This document shows, piece by piece, positions 13,800-27,085 of a DNA stretch of 64,000 nt (position 1 is the stretch's first letter; every line of letters starts with the position of its first letter). The notes beneath the pieces were generated by a model. It saw only the letters and a list, made by a program, of their open reading frames with translations, had not been told where the DNA came from and made no database searches. The DNA is taken from the NCBI RefSeq assembly GCF_018977255.1, contig NW_024704742.1, forward strand, positions 95,234,001 through 95,298,000, written 5' to 3'. A program made the position numbers and the translations under genes. The stretch comes from Callorhinchus milii (Eukaryota).

Positions 13800-14434
13800 G
13801 TAATTGACCTTCCTGCTTTACCATTCATGATTTTCTGAACTAGTCATTTAGTTTATTTGCTGTATATCTTATTTCTTACAGATTGTTTTTCTCTGTAACT
13901 CCCTACACCATACATCTTGTGAATTAGCTACTTCCAAGTTTTCTCTTATGGCACTTCTTATATTTAGTTGATTTTACTCATCCAGAGAAGCAGCCTCTGA
14001 TATTTCCCTCCCTTGTTTGGTCTATGCTTGACCCTTCGAGATGGGTATATCTGAGAGATCAGAAGATTATCAATTGGGGCATTATGCCTGCAGAACTAAA
14101 GCTTCAGTAAATTGCATTAATGTTCTTTTGATCCTTGTTATTTTTTAACAGTGATTAAACACCTTCACTTGGGGGGTTGGGACTATTTGGACTACTAAAC
14201 GATAAGAGTTTGTACTTTTTGGTCCTGCAAAACCTGCATTTCTAAATTAGATTTAGATCATCCCAAAAGTGAGGTACCCCATCCATTAGCCTGGGCAAGA
14301 ATTTTTTTTCAAATGGTAGTCAGACAGCTGAAGTGAATTCATCTTTTAATTAAATACTGTACATGTATTAAAGGATTTAGAAATTAGAAATGTTCCTGAA
14401 AGCAGGAGGATATAAATATTTATTTTGCTTGCAG

Positions 14435-14904
14435 GTAATAGTGCTGGTGATACAGTGTTAAGCCAGGGAGGGACAGAAGCTTTGACAAAGGAACAAAAGT
14501 GGGCTTCAAGACCATCCAAAATTATCCGAGAAGGAACTGATGGTCTTCCAACAACCTGTAAGGCACATAAGAACCAGGTGTCTTGGGAGGAGATTTCTGA
14601 AATGACACAAACCCCCACCCGTTTGACAGGTGAACCTAGGTGTGCATTCAGTTCTGAAGAGGTCTGGGAGGTAGATGGAGCACAGCCATCAAAAGCACGA
14701 GCTTTATTATCCAAGCCTTCTCAGGTAAGTGAGAAGGCATCGCAACGCCAGGGCATTACCCCTGTGAGAGTATCCCGCAGGGAACTGCGACAGATGTCTG
14801 CCACAGAGGTATCCATGCGGCGCTCCAGTTTCAGCAGCAGTGTGCATTCCATCCCACCAGATTCCATTGAAATCACTAGGAAATCTCTCGACCTGAAGAT
14901 GTAG
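14435..14904 (+). CDS. KIF27: KIF27 terminal coding exon
   Basis: tgcag acceptor in phase; ends ITPVRVSRRELRQMS...DSIEITRKSLDLKM*; AATAAA candidates at 15163 and 16146. Confidence 0.88.
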
Positions 14905-17834
14905 AACGAGCATTTAACTGCTTGAAATCTTTGCACCGTGTTCTTGTACTGGAACCACAAGAGTAAATTCATTATTGAGCTAAGAAAAGCCAGTTTAATG
15001 AACCTGGTTTGATTGCTGCAGTGACTGGCAAAGAAGCAATTGGTCCCATGTTCTAAGAATGTAAGTGTTGAAAGTGGTAGATTTGCAATCGGCCATAATT
15101 ACGCTACTATCACTTCATGCTCTCTGACCCAATTTCTGTGTCCCAGATGACACTATAGTCATAATAAAAGATACTTAATATCCTTACTGCATACATTCTA
15201 TCCTTGATTCAAACATGTCAGCTTGGTTCAATTGATTATTTTTATCATTATAACATTCTGATCTCTGGTCAATCGATTCTAGGTTCAAGTCCTTTTTGGA
15301 CTTGAGTTCATAATCCAATGCAGTACTGGTAGAGTTGTTACACTGTCGACGGTGCCATCCTTTGGATGAGATGTTCAAACAATGTCCTGTCTGCCTGTTC
15401 AGTTGAACCTTAATGATCCTATTCAAAAGGAAAAGGGAGTATTTCCCAGTATCCTGGCCAAACATCCTTCAGATAAATTCACTTTTGATTGTTTCTAGAG
15501 TGGTGCCCACAAATATATAGTCACTTGATAACAATTAATTGGACAATATTGCACTGGACAGTTTATCTTCCCAAAGTGGTGTCTCTTTAAGTGCTCTGGG
15601 GCATGATCCCACATGAAAGGCGCTGTATAAATGCAAGTTGTTGTTTTCTCTTCAGTATTCAGCCCTTTGACTAAGTTTGATGTTACAAACACACTTATCA
15701 AGCCAAGGATTGTATTTTGTATTATTTGTAACAAAACTTAATGTATGCATTGCTGAGAACTTTCCCTAATATGATTGAAATAATAAGAATCTAAAATAAA
15801 AACAATTTTGGGAAAGTTTTTATGACTGTTTTAAAAGCAAATGTCAGCAAATATCAATGCGTGACCAAAAAGACACTGAACTTTTTTTTGACAAATGTAC
15901 TGCGACTACTAAAGTTTTCTACTTTTGTGAAATGTTTCACTTATGATGCATTTAGGTATCTCTGTGAAATTGAGTTAGGTGTAACGGAGGTTAAAAAATT
16001 AAGGCATTCTATATTTGGGTTGAAAACTCTAAATGTTATTAGTGTTCTACACTTTTTTGTACTTTTATGATTGTGTTTTAGATTTTTTGTTTTAATAGTT
16101 TGTTATCTTGTAGATATATTTTATATGATTGCACTTGTTAACTTTAATAAAATTGAGATTTCTGTATTTTTGTACTTTTTAAAAGTGCAATTGCATAACA
16201 CTGAAAATTGTCTTGATGTGTTTAATCAATGCTTAAGAAGCAGATCTCGATACAAACCTATTTTAAGCAGTTAAAATTGCTATAAATAGCTTTGACATCT
16301 TCGTGATGAGATATTCCATTTGCCTTTTTAAGTAAAGCAACGTTGACGATGTGCAATTCCTGTTATAAGTGCATTTTATTTAAACAAACTGGCTATGCCT
16401 AATGGGAAGAGGAATATCTTGTTCATTCATCTTTTAACTTTCTAAAAAAAAACAGCCAAAATGGAAAGAGAAATGGATATTAAAGCTAATAATTATTTTT
16501 AATTCTTTAAATCTCAAAACAATTCTGAGAGTGGGACTCCTTTAAACACATCTTAAGAACTAATTTGTGGTGACTTTTTTCTACACTATACAAAATTCAT
16601 CTACAGTAACTATCTTTTTAATTGTGTATATATTTTAAATTATTATAATCTCAGTTTTCTAATAAATTCTAAATGATAAGCAATTCATCAAGTAATTTTA
16701 TTCATTCACTTTAGATTCATAACTAACACAGTTCAGGCTAATGCTCCAGAGCAGTGCTGGGAGGATCCTGCATTGTTGGAGGTGCTATCCTTTGGAACAG
16801 ACGTTAAACCAAAGTCGGCTCTTCCTGTTCAGGTGGTCGTACAAGATCCCATGGAACTGTTTGAAAGAGAAGAACTTCTCTTGTTGTCCTGGCCAACAGA
16901 TAGAATTGGTTGTTCACTTCATGACTCTTTGTGGTACATTTCTGTATGCAAATCGGCTGCCATATTCACCTACATATCCAGTCACAAAACTTTACAGTAA
17001 ACCTGTAAAGCTCTTTGAAGTGTCACAACTATTTGAAAAGCACAATATCAAATGCATTATTATTATGACTTAATTCTGCAAAGGAACCACCTATACACAA
17101 GTTATCCGGAATGACACTTCCAATGCTTATTGATGATGTCAGTACCCCCAGGCTACTTAACACTTTTTGACAATGGCCTGGCTCTAACCAAGTATCTTAA
17201 TATCTTTTTTATTATCAGCAGCATTATTAACTTATAACTTCCTGTTACTTTGCCTTTATATATAAAGTAAACAAGTCATTGATAGTGTAAATATAATTTG
17301 TGGCAATTTAGTGTGAACATAAATTATGTCACCTACATTTGACTTTGTCTCAATATTTATCGAATGGTTAAGGTTCAAATGTAAGAATACTAGAAGAGGT
17401 TGGGAAATTGTGACTTAGTTATGCATGTATATAGGGTGTTTATCTCTTAATACTGAGGGATGGTGGCAACAAAATAGCAGAGAAACAAACTAATCAAAAA
17501 TTTTGGAAATGGAATGGGGTTGGAATATTCCAAATTGAAATGTCTCAAGCACTTACAGGACACACTGTAAAGTGGTTTGACTGTATTTTGTGGACAAAAC
17601 ACAGCAGCCAGTTGGCACAGCAATGTCCCACAAACCGTGGAGTGAGTGACCAATTTAATTTGGGAGATTATTAGTTAGGACACCGGGGGGAAATCCCACT
17701 CTTTTTAAATAATGCCATGGGATCTTTAATGTCCACCGGAACAGGTAGATTGCTCTCATCTGAAGGTTGGCACCAACAACAATGCCACACATCCCCAGTA
17801 CTGGAGTATCATTTTAGATTAGAATAAATAATAT

Positions 17835-18004
17835 TAATTTGGTCACTCAATCCAATACTGTTTGTGGGACACTGCTGTGCACAATTGGCTGCCGTGTTTC
17901 ACCCACAAAATATACAATCAATTCACTTTACAGTATATTCCGTGAAGGGCTTTGAGACGTCTGGAAGACGTGATAAGGCGCTATATCAAATGCAAGGATT
18001 ATTA
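17835..18004 (+). mobile_element. Truncated SINE
   Basis: Family 3' half ending caaatgcaaggattatta. Confidence 0.78.
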
Positions 18005-18599
18005 TGATGTGATTCTAAGTTCCGACATGAACCCACAACCTTCTGATGCTATTATTATTATTATTATTACCCTGACACAATTTGAGTGATTATCGGCCCC
18101 CCTCAGCATCTATGTCTGGGTTACTGCCTCAGTATGTCTGTGTGTGTTCCTCTGTCAAGTGTCTCGAGTTTCTGTGCCAGTGTCTCTGTGTTTATCTCTT
18201 TGTGTCTATGTGTGAGGTTAGTCTCCGTGTTAGTGTGTATGTATGTTTCAGTGTGAGTGGGTGCTGCTATGTTCTGCTCACTGTGTTGCTGCCTGTGTGT
18301 GCGTCTCAGTGTGTTAGTCAGTGTGTGTGTGAGACAGTGTATGTGACGGTGTTAATGTCAGTTTCTGTATATGTGAGACTGTAAATGTCAGTTTCAGTGT
18401 GTTAATGTGTGTGTGTCAGGCTGTATGAGTTTCAGTGTGCTATGCTAGTGTGCTGTGTGTGTGTCAGTCTGGTGCGAGTTAGTGTCAGGCCGTCTCAGTG
18501 TCAATCTCAGTGTAGTGTGTGCTATGTGTGTTAGTGTGGTGCATGTCAGTGTGCTGCGTGTGTGTCAGTGTGGTATGCGTCAGTGTCAGACTGTCTCGG

Positions 18600-19668
18600 T
18601 GTCAATCAACTCTGCGCCCACCTCTCCTCCCACTCCCTCTTCGAACCCCTCCAGTCCGGTTTCCGCCCTGACCACAGTACAGAGAGACTGCGCTTGTGAA
18701 AGTCTCAAACGACATCCTCTCTATCTGTGACCAGGGCTCCCTCTGCCTCCTTGTCTTCCTGGATCTCTCCGCCGCTTTCAACACAGTCGATCACGCCATC
18801 CTCCTCCACCACCTTTCCTCCGTCATCCACCTCAGTGGGACCGCATTCACCCGGTTCAAGTCCTGCTTCACGAACCGCCAGCAGTACATCTGCACAAACA
18901 GCTTTTCCTCCTGCTCTCACCTGTGGGGTACCCCAAGGATCCATCCTTGGTCCCCTCCTCTTTCTGATCTATATGCTCCCTCTTGCGGATGTCATCCGCA
19001 GACATGGGGTACACTTCCACATGTATGTGGACGACACCCAACTCTACTTTTCAACCTCACTTTGCGACCCTCAGTCCCCTGATGTTCTGTCAGCCTGCCT
19101 GTCTGACATCAGGAGCTGGATGAGCGCAAATTTCCTTCAGCTAAATGTTGACAAGACGGAAGCCATACTCCTTGGCTCTCGTCAACGTTTTAAATCGCAC
19201 GGTTCTCACCTCTTCCACCTACCCGACCTCCCCCTAAACTCTCCGAACCTGAATGCAACCGAGGCGACAGGTTCGACCCCCAATTATCCTTCCCCACATC
19301 CAGTCCCTCACCAGCACCACTTTCTTCCAACTCCGAAGCATCGATCGTCTCCGCCAATATCTCACCCCAAAAGCCGCTGAAACCCTGATTCATGGCCTCA
19401 TCCTTGTCCCCCGAATCCTCAGCTCCACATTCGGTGGCTGTGTCTTAAGCCGCTATGTCCCGAGGCTCTGGAAATCCTTTCTTCACTCCCTTTGCCTCAC
19501 CCCTCTTCCTATTTTCAGGTCTCGGCTAAAGACCTTTCTTTTCGACCGCGCCATTGGTCACCTTCCTCCCCCACCCCCTGGGCTCGGCCCCGGGATCTGT
19601 TATTGTGAAGCGCTCTGAGACGCCGTCCGGCGTGGAGGGCGCTATATAAATCCAAGTTGTTGTTGTTA
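18600..19668 (+). mobile_element. L2 LINE 3' fragment
   Basis: LDLSAAFNTVDH, GVPQGSILGPLLF, YVDDTQLY; (TTG)n tail. Confidence 0.9.
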
Positions 19669-19757
19669 TCAGTCTCAGTGTGGTGTGTGTCAGTTTGCTA
19701 TGTGTTATATGTCAGGCAGTGTGTGGTGTGTGTTAATGTCAGGCAGCCTCATTGTGC

Positions 19758-22700
19758 TGTGTGTTAGTGTCAGGCTGTGTGTGTTAGTGTCAGGCTGTGT
19801 GTGTGTGTGTTAGTGTCAGGCTGTGTGTTAGTGTCAGGCTGTGTGTGTTAGTGTCAGGCTGTGTGTTAGTGTCAGGCTGTGTGTGTTAGTGTCAGGCTGT
19901 GTGTGTTAGTGTCAGGCTGTGTGTTAGTGTCAGGCTGTGTGTTAGTGTCAGGCTGTGTGTTAGTGTCAGGCTGTGTGTGTTAGTGTCAGGCTGTGTGTGT
20001 TAGTGTCAGGCTGTGTGTTAGTGTCAGGCTGTGTGTGTTAGTGTCAGGCTGTGTGTGTTAGTGTCAGGCTGTGTGTGTTAGTGTCAGGCTGTGTGTGTTA
20101 GTGTCAGGCTGTGTGTTAGTGTCAGGCTGTGTGTTAGTGTCAGGCTGTGTGTGTTAGTGTCAGGCTGTGTGTGTTAGTGTCAGGCTGTGTGTTAGTGTCA
20201 GGCTGTGTGTTAGTGTCAGGCTGTGTGTGTTAGTGTCAGGCTGTGTGTTAGTGTCAGGCAGTGTGTGTTAGTGTCAGGCTGTGTGTGTTAGTGTCAGTGT
20301 GGCAGTGTGTGTTAGTGTCAGTGTGTGTTAGTGTCAGTGTGTGTTAGTGTCAGTGTGTGTTAGTGTCAGGCTGTGTGTGTTAGTGTCAGGCTGTGTGTGT
20401 TAGTGTCAGGCTGTGTGTTAGTGTCAGGCTGTGTGTGTTAGTGTCAGGCTGTGTGTTAGTGTCAGGCTGTGTGTTAGTGTCAGGCTGTGTGTTAGTGTCA
20501 GGCTGTGTGTTAGTGTCAGGCTGTGTGTTAGTGTCAGGCTGTGTGTTAGTGTCAGGCTGTGTGTTAGTGTCAGGCTGTGTGTTAGTGTCAGGCTGTGTGT
20601 TAGTGTCAGGCTGTGTGTTAGTGTCAGGCTGTGTGTTAGTGTCAGGCTGTGTGTTAGTGTCAGGCTGTGTGTTAGTGTCAGGCTGTGTGTTAGTGTCAGG
20701 CTGTGTGTTAGTGTCAGGCTGTGTGTGTTAGTGTCAGGCTGTGTGTTAGTGTCAGGCTGTGTGTTAGTGTCAGGCTGTGTGTTAGTGTCAGGCTGTGTGT
20801 TAGTGTCAGGCTGTGTGTGTTAGTGTCAGGCTGTGTGTTAGTGTCAGGCTGTGTGTTAGTGTCAGGCTGTGTGTTAGTGTCAGGCTGTGTGTGTTAGTGT
20901 CAGGCTGTGTGTTAGTGTCAGGCTGTGTGTTAGTGTCAGGCTGTGTGTGTGTGTGTGTTAGTGTCAGGCTGTGTGTTAGTGTCAGGCTGTGTGTTAGTGT
21001 CAGGCTGTGTGTGTGTGTTAGTGTCAGGCTGTGTGTTAGTGTCAGGCTGTGTGTTAGTGTCAGGCTGTGTGTGTTGTGTCAGGCTGTGTGTGTGTGTGTT
21101 AGTGTCAGGCTGTGTGTTAGTGTCAGGCTGTGTGTTAGTGTCAGGCTGTGTGTGTTAGTGTCAGGCAGTGTGTTAGTGTCAGGCTGTGTGTTAGTGTCAG
21201 GCTGTGTGTTAGTGTCAGGCTGTGTGTGTTAGTGTCAGGCTGTGTGTTAGTGTCAGGCTGTGTGTTAGTGTCAGGCTGTGTGTTAGTGTCAGGCTGTGTG
21301 TGTTAGTGTCAGGCAGTGTGTTAGTGTCAGGCTGTGTGTTAGTGTCAGGCTGTGTGTTAGTGTCAGGCTGTGTGTTAGTGTCAGGCTGTGTGTGTTAGTG
21401 TCAGGCTGTGTGTCAGTGTCAGGCTGTGTGTTAGTGTCAGGCTGTGTGTTAGTGTCAGGCTGTGTGTTAGTGTCAGGCTGTGTGTCAGTGTCAGGCTGTG
21501 TGTTAGTGTCAGGCTGTGTGTTAGTGTCAGGCTGTGTGTGTTAGTGTCAGGCTGTGTGTTAGTGTCAGGCTGTGTGTGTTAGTGTCAGGCTGTGTGTTAG
21601 TGTCAGGCTGTGTGTGTGTGTGTGTTAGTGTCAGGCTGTGTGTTAGTGTCAGGCTGTGTGTTAGTGTCAGGCTGTGTGTGTGTGTGTTAGTGTCAGGCTG
21701 TGTGTTAGTGTCAGGCTGTGTGTTAGTGTCAGGCTGTGTGTGTTTGTGTCAGGCTGTGTGTGTGTGTGTTAGTGTCAGGCTGTGTGTTAGTGTCAGGCTG
21801 TGTGTTAGTGTCAGGCTGTGTGTGTTAGTGTCAGGCAGTGTGTTAGTGTCAGGCTGTGTGTGTTAGTGTCAGGCTGTGTGTTAGTGTCAGGCTGTGTGTT
21901 AGTGTCAGGCTGTGTGTGTGTGTGTGTTAGTGTCAGGCTGTGTGTTAGTGTCAGGCTGTGTGTTAGTGTCAGGCTGTGTGTGTGTGTGTGTTAGTGTCAG
22001 GCTGTGGTGTTAGTGTCAGGCTGTGTGTTAGTGTCAGGCTGTGTGTGTTAGTGTCAGGCTGTGTGTTAGTGTCAGGCTGTGTGTGTTAGTGTCAAGCAAC
22101 GTGTGCTAGTGTCAGGTGTCGTGAGTTAGTGTCAGGCGGTGTGTGCTAGTGTCAGGCGGTGTGTGTCAGTGTCAGGCGGTGTGTGTTAGTGTCAGGCTGT
22201 GTGTGTGTGCTTTAGTGTCAGGCTGTGTGTGTGTTAGTGTCAGGCGGTGTGTGTTAGTGTCAGGCTGTGTGTGTGTGTGTTAGTGTCAGGCGGTGTGTGT
22301 TAGTGTCAGGCTGTGTGTGTGTGTGTTAGTGTCAGGCTGTGTGTGTTAGTGTCAGGCTGTGTGTGTGTGGGGGGGAGTGGGTGTGTGTGTGTGTGTTAGT
22401 GTCAGGCTGTGTGTGTGTGTTAGTGTCAGGCTGCGTGTGTGTGTGTGTGTTAGTGTCAGGCTGTGTGTGTGTGTGTGTTAGTGTCAGGCTGTGTGTGTGT
22501 GTGTTAGTGTCAGGCTGTGTGTGTTAGTGTCAGGCTGTGTGTGTGTGTGTGTTAGTGTCAGGCTGTGTGTTAGTGTCAGGCTGTGTGTTAGTGTCAGGCT
22601 GTGTGTGTGTGTGTTAGTGTCAGGCTGTGTGTGTGTGTGTGTTAGTGTCAGGCTGTGTGTGTGTGTGTGTGTTAGTGTCAGGCTGTGTGTGTTAGTGTCA

Positions 22701-23620
22701 GGCTGTGTGTGTGTGTGTTAGTGTCAGGCTGTGTGTGTTAGTGTCAGGCTGTGTGTGTGTGTTTGTGTCAGGCTGTGTGTGTGTGTTTGTGTCAGGCTGT
22801 GTGTGTGAGTGTCAGGCTGTGTGTGTGTGTGTTAGTGTCAGGCTGTGTGTGTGTGTGTGTTAGTGTCAGGCTGTGTGTGTGTTAGTGTCAGGCTGTGTGT
22901 GTGTGTGTTAGTGTCAGGCTGTGTGTGTGTGTGTTAGTGTCAGGCTGTGTGTGTGTGTGTTAGTGTCAGGCTGTGTGTGTGTGTTAGTGTCAGGCTGTGT
23001 GTGTGTGTTAGTGTCAGGCTGTGTGTGTGTGTGTTAGTGTCAGGCTGTGTGTGTTAGTGTCAGGCTGTGTGTGTGTGTGTTAGTGTCAGGCTGTGTGTGT
23101 GTGTTAGTGTCAGGCTGTGTGTGTGTGTTAGTGTCAGGCTGTGTGTGTGTGTGTTAGTGTCAGGCTGTGTGTGTTAGTGTCAGGCTGTGTGTGTGTGTTA
23201 GTGTCAGGCTGTGTGTGTGTGTGTGTTAGTGTCAGGCTGGTGTGTGTTAGTGTCAGGCTGTGTGTGTGTGTGTTAGTGTCAGGCTGTGTGTGTGTGTTAG
23301 TGTCAGGCTGTGTGTGTGTGTTAGTGTCAGGCTGTGTGTGTGTGTGTTAGTGTCAGGCTGTGTGTGTGTGTTAGTGTCAGGCTGTGTGTGTGTGTGTTAG
23401 TGTCAGGCTGTGTGTGTGTGTTAGTGTCAGGCTGTGTGTGTGTGTGTTAGTGTCAGGCTGTGTGTGGTGTGTTAGTGTCAGGCTGTGTGTGTGTGTGTTA
23501 GTGTCAGGCTGTGTGTGTGTGGGGGGGAGTGGGTGTGTGTGTGTGTGTGTTAGTGTCAGGCTGTGTGTGTGTGGGGGGGAGTGGGTGTGTGTGTGTGTGT
23601 GTTAGTGTCAGGCTGTGTGT
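19758..23620. repeat. Minisatellite (GT)n-TAGTGTCAGGCT, 18-bp core unit
   Basis: Tandem copies over ~3.9 kb with variable GT spacer. Confidence 0.97.
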
Positions 23621-23939
23621 GGGGGGGGTGGGTGTGTGTGTGTGTGAGGGGTGTGTGTGGGGGGTGTGTGTGTGTGTGTTGGTGTATGAGTGTGTGTGAG
23701 GGGGGGGGGAGGGGGTGTGTGTGAGGGGGTGTTGGGTGTGTGTGAGGGGTGTGTGTGTGAGGGGTGTGTGTTGGTGTGTTGGTGTGTGTGTGAGGGGTGT
23801 GTGTGTGTGTTGGTGTGTGTGTGGGGGTGTGTTGGTGTGTGGGGGTGTGTGGGTGTGTTGGTGTGTGTGTGAGGGGGTGTGTTGGTGTGTGTGAGGGGTG
23901 TGTGTGTGTGTGTGAGTGTGAGGGGGGGGGAGGGGAGGG

Positions 23940-24500
23940 CTCAGTCTCGGGTGGTCAGACCCGGTGTTGCTGTTGGTGTTTGTTGCTCCGCCTCGTGTCC
24001 TCAGTTGGGCTTCTCCTCGTTTCCCAACAGCCCGCAGTCCAGCCCGAGAGCGGCCGCACTCCCTGTGCCCCCGTCCCCGGGTTTTATAACTGTCATTAGA
24101 TTTTGTTTTAAAATCCCTCTCTGTCCCTCTCTCTGTGTCTGTGTCTGTGTCTCTGTGCCGCGGCCTCGTGTGTGAGGAGGTAAGTGAAGCCTCGGTGTCT
24201 CCCGACTGATGGCGGCCGCCGTGGGCTCGGCCTCGCTCGGCGTCAGCGCCTCTCGCTTCGCGCTGCTCCGGGTGGAGGACGATTCGTCCGCCTCGGACTC
24301 GGACTCGAGCCACAAGCGGCGCGGGGCCAACCGGCCCGGCAAGAGCGGGGCCCCGGGGGGCGGGGGGGCCGCCGGCCAAGAAAAACAACAACTACAGCCA
24401 CAGCGGCGGCGGCGGCGCCTCCGGTAACAACGAGAGGAAGAAAGAGAAGAGGAAGAAAAGGAAAGAACAGCAGCAGAGCGAAGCCAACCAGGTGACAGGG
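23940..24500 (+). promoter_or_regulatory. CpG island at GKAP1 5' end
   Basis: GC/CpG-rich tract covering the first coding exon. Confidence 0.65.
24209..24491 (+). CDS. GKAP1: GKAP1 (G kinase-anchoring protein 1) first coding exon, apparent +1 frameshift
   Basis: MAAAVGSASLGVSASRFALLRV in one frame; NERKKEKRKKRKEQQQSEANQ|gtgaca in the +1 frame; 283 nt, shift maps to G runs 24355-24368. Confidence 0.88.
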
Positions 24501-24559
24501 GGAGGCCATCACTCTCACTCACTCCTTTATTATCACATACAACTCTCGCTCTCTCTGTC

Positions 24560-25265
24560 TCTCTGTCTCTCTCATCTTTTATTATTGAATAAAACTCTTA
24601 TTGTCCCTTTATCTTTCAATAAAACTCTCACTCTCTCTCTCATCTTTTATTATTGAATAAAACTGATTGTCCCTTTATCTTTCAATAAAACTCTCACTCT
24701 CTCTTAACCTTTTATTATTAAATAAAACTTATTATCCTTTATCTTTAAATAAAACTCACTCTCACTCTCTCTTATCCTTTATTATTAAATAATACTTATT
24801 ATTATCCTTTATTATTAGATAATACTTATTATTATCCTTTATTATTAAATAAAACTCTTATTCTCCTTTATCTTTAAATAAAACTCACTCTCTCTTATCC
24901 TTTATTATTAAAGAATAGTTATTATTATCCTTTATTATAAAATAATACTTGTTATTATCCTTTATTATTAAATAATACTTATTATTATCCTTTATTATAA
25001 AATAATACTTGTTATTATCCTTTATTATTAAATAATACTTATTATTATCCTTTATTATTAAATAATACTTATTATTATCCTTTATTATTAAATAATACTT
25101 ATCCTTTATTATTAAATACAACTCTTATCCTTTCTCTTTAAATAAAACTCTTATCCTTTATTATTAAATAATACTCTTATTCTTTATTGGTTAAATAAAA
25201 CTCTTACCATTTATTATTAAATAAAACTCTTATTTTTATTTATTAAATAAAACTTATTATTATCT
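24560..25265. repeat. AT-rich ~30-bp minisatellite
   Basis: tcctttattattaaataatacttattatta repeats. Confidence 0.9.
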
Positions 25266-26091
25266 CCTTAATCTTTAATTTTTTAAATAATTTTTTTTGT
25301 TACCAACACAAAACAAACACCTCCTGCCCTCCCCCCCCCTCCTTTTACAACAACAACAACCTCTTTCTGCTTCTTTTCATGGTTTATTATTTCTCGTCTT
25401 TTTCGTGTACATTTCAAAATGTATTTATCTTTTAGATTTTTTGAACCATTAAAATACAATCAAAAACAGTTAAAATATCAATCAGAGAGAGAGAAAAACT
25501 CCCTCCCGCGTTTTTGTTACTTTCGACTTATTTTAAATTTTAAAAAAATCTCCCGAAACTGCTGTCATTATTTATTCGTGTTTATTTATAGTTTTAATGT
25601 ATTTACTGGTGGGTTATGTGTTTAGCTGTGGATGCTTTTATTTTATTATATATTTATTTATTGCTGGGTTATTTATTTAGTTATTGGTGTTTTTATTTAT
25701 TCATTTTATTAAGTTTATTTTTTGGGGGGAAAGGATTAGCTTTCAGTCCCACCAGCTTTTGGTCAGTTTACTTCTTGCACAGATTTCTTTCCACACATCC
25801 TCCTTTCCTGAACACATACAACACGTTTCTTAAGGATAGAAATGAACTGATTTTTTGTAGTTGATTTTTGTTTTGGGAGTGAGATTTTATATATTTCAAG
25901 AAGGGACATTTGAGCACACTTGTTATCAGATGTTTTAGCCTTGAGTTTTTTTTTCTTAAAACATTTGCTTTATGTGAGAATGTTTTCCTTTCAATTTGAA
26001 TGATAATTTATTAACATTGTTTCAGATTGTAAACATCCCTGGATTTGCTGTTTCATTTGTTATCTTAAATTTGCTATGGTTTTAAAGATAA

Positions 26092-26350
26092 GTAATAATC
26101 CTTGCATTTGATATAGCGCCTTATCACGTCTTCGAGGCGTCTCAAAGTCTCAAAGATGTGATAACGGAATATACTGTAAAGTGAATTGACGGTATATTTT
26201 GTGGGCAAAACACGGCAGCCAATTGCACACAGCAGTGCCCCACAAACATGTGCATCGAGTAATAGTTGAAGGAATTATTACCTCTGAGAAAGCGATCTGC
26301 CAATTGACTAACAACCTGGTTCTTACTTACTGCTCGATAAACTGAGGTGT
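26092..26350 (-). mobile_element. Truncated SINE
   Basis: Family body and tail in reverse complement. Confidence 0.78.
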
Positions 26351-26799
26351 TTTGATAGTGGTAAACTACTGCATTTATATTTGTTGGACATTTAGTGGAA
26401 TCAAATCACTAGTTTTACCCCTTTGGCTGCCAACTCCACTGGCTCCTGTATCTGAGCCGATTTGACTTTAAAATCTTTGTCCTGATCTTCAGATTCCTCT
26501 GGAGTCTTGCCCCTCCTATCTCGTGTTCCCTAATTCAAGTGCTACTCCGCACGAAGGGCGCTATATAAGTATTATTGCCCCCACCCTCCAATCCAATTCT
26601 GGCATATTGCTCATACTCACTCCAAGCCTTCAGTTACTATGTCTCCTTTGGAGCTCACTTCCAAAATATCTGTTATACTTTCTCCTTTCCTGCCTTCAAA
26701 ATGCTCATAAATATATGCCTTAAATCTCCCTGTTCCATGCTCTCCATTACAATTTGCCAATAATTTTGAAGCATTCATTTCATTGTCAAATATGTTATA

Positions 26800-27085
26800 C
26801 AACAACAACAACTTGGATTTATATAGCGCCCTCCACGCCGGATGGCATCTCGGAGCGCTTTACAGTAACGGATCCCGGGGCCGAGCCCAGGGGGAGGGGG
26901 AGGAAGGTGACCAAAGGCGCGGTTGAAAAGAAAGGGGTGGAGCGGAGGACTCGGGGGACGAGGAGGAAGCCAGACCCGGAGGAACGAAGGCAACGGTTAC
27001 TGTTTTGAGGAGAGGAGGTCAGAGAGGTTGGGGGGTGCAGAGGAGTACAGGGACTTGAATACAAGGGTGAGGGTCTTGAAATCGA
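26800..27085 (-). mobile_element. L2 LINE 3' end
   Basis: Close to reverse complement of 19530-19668; (CAA)n tail. Confidence 0.8.

Noticed and set aside
20393..23699. [12 protein letters not shown] repeat ORFs
   Set aside because: Minisatellite translations
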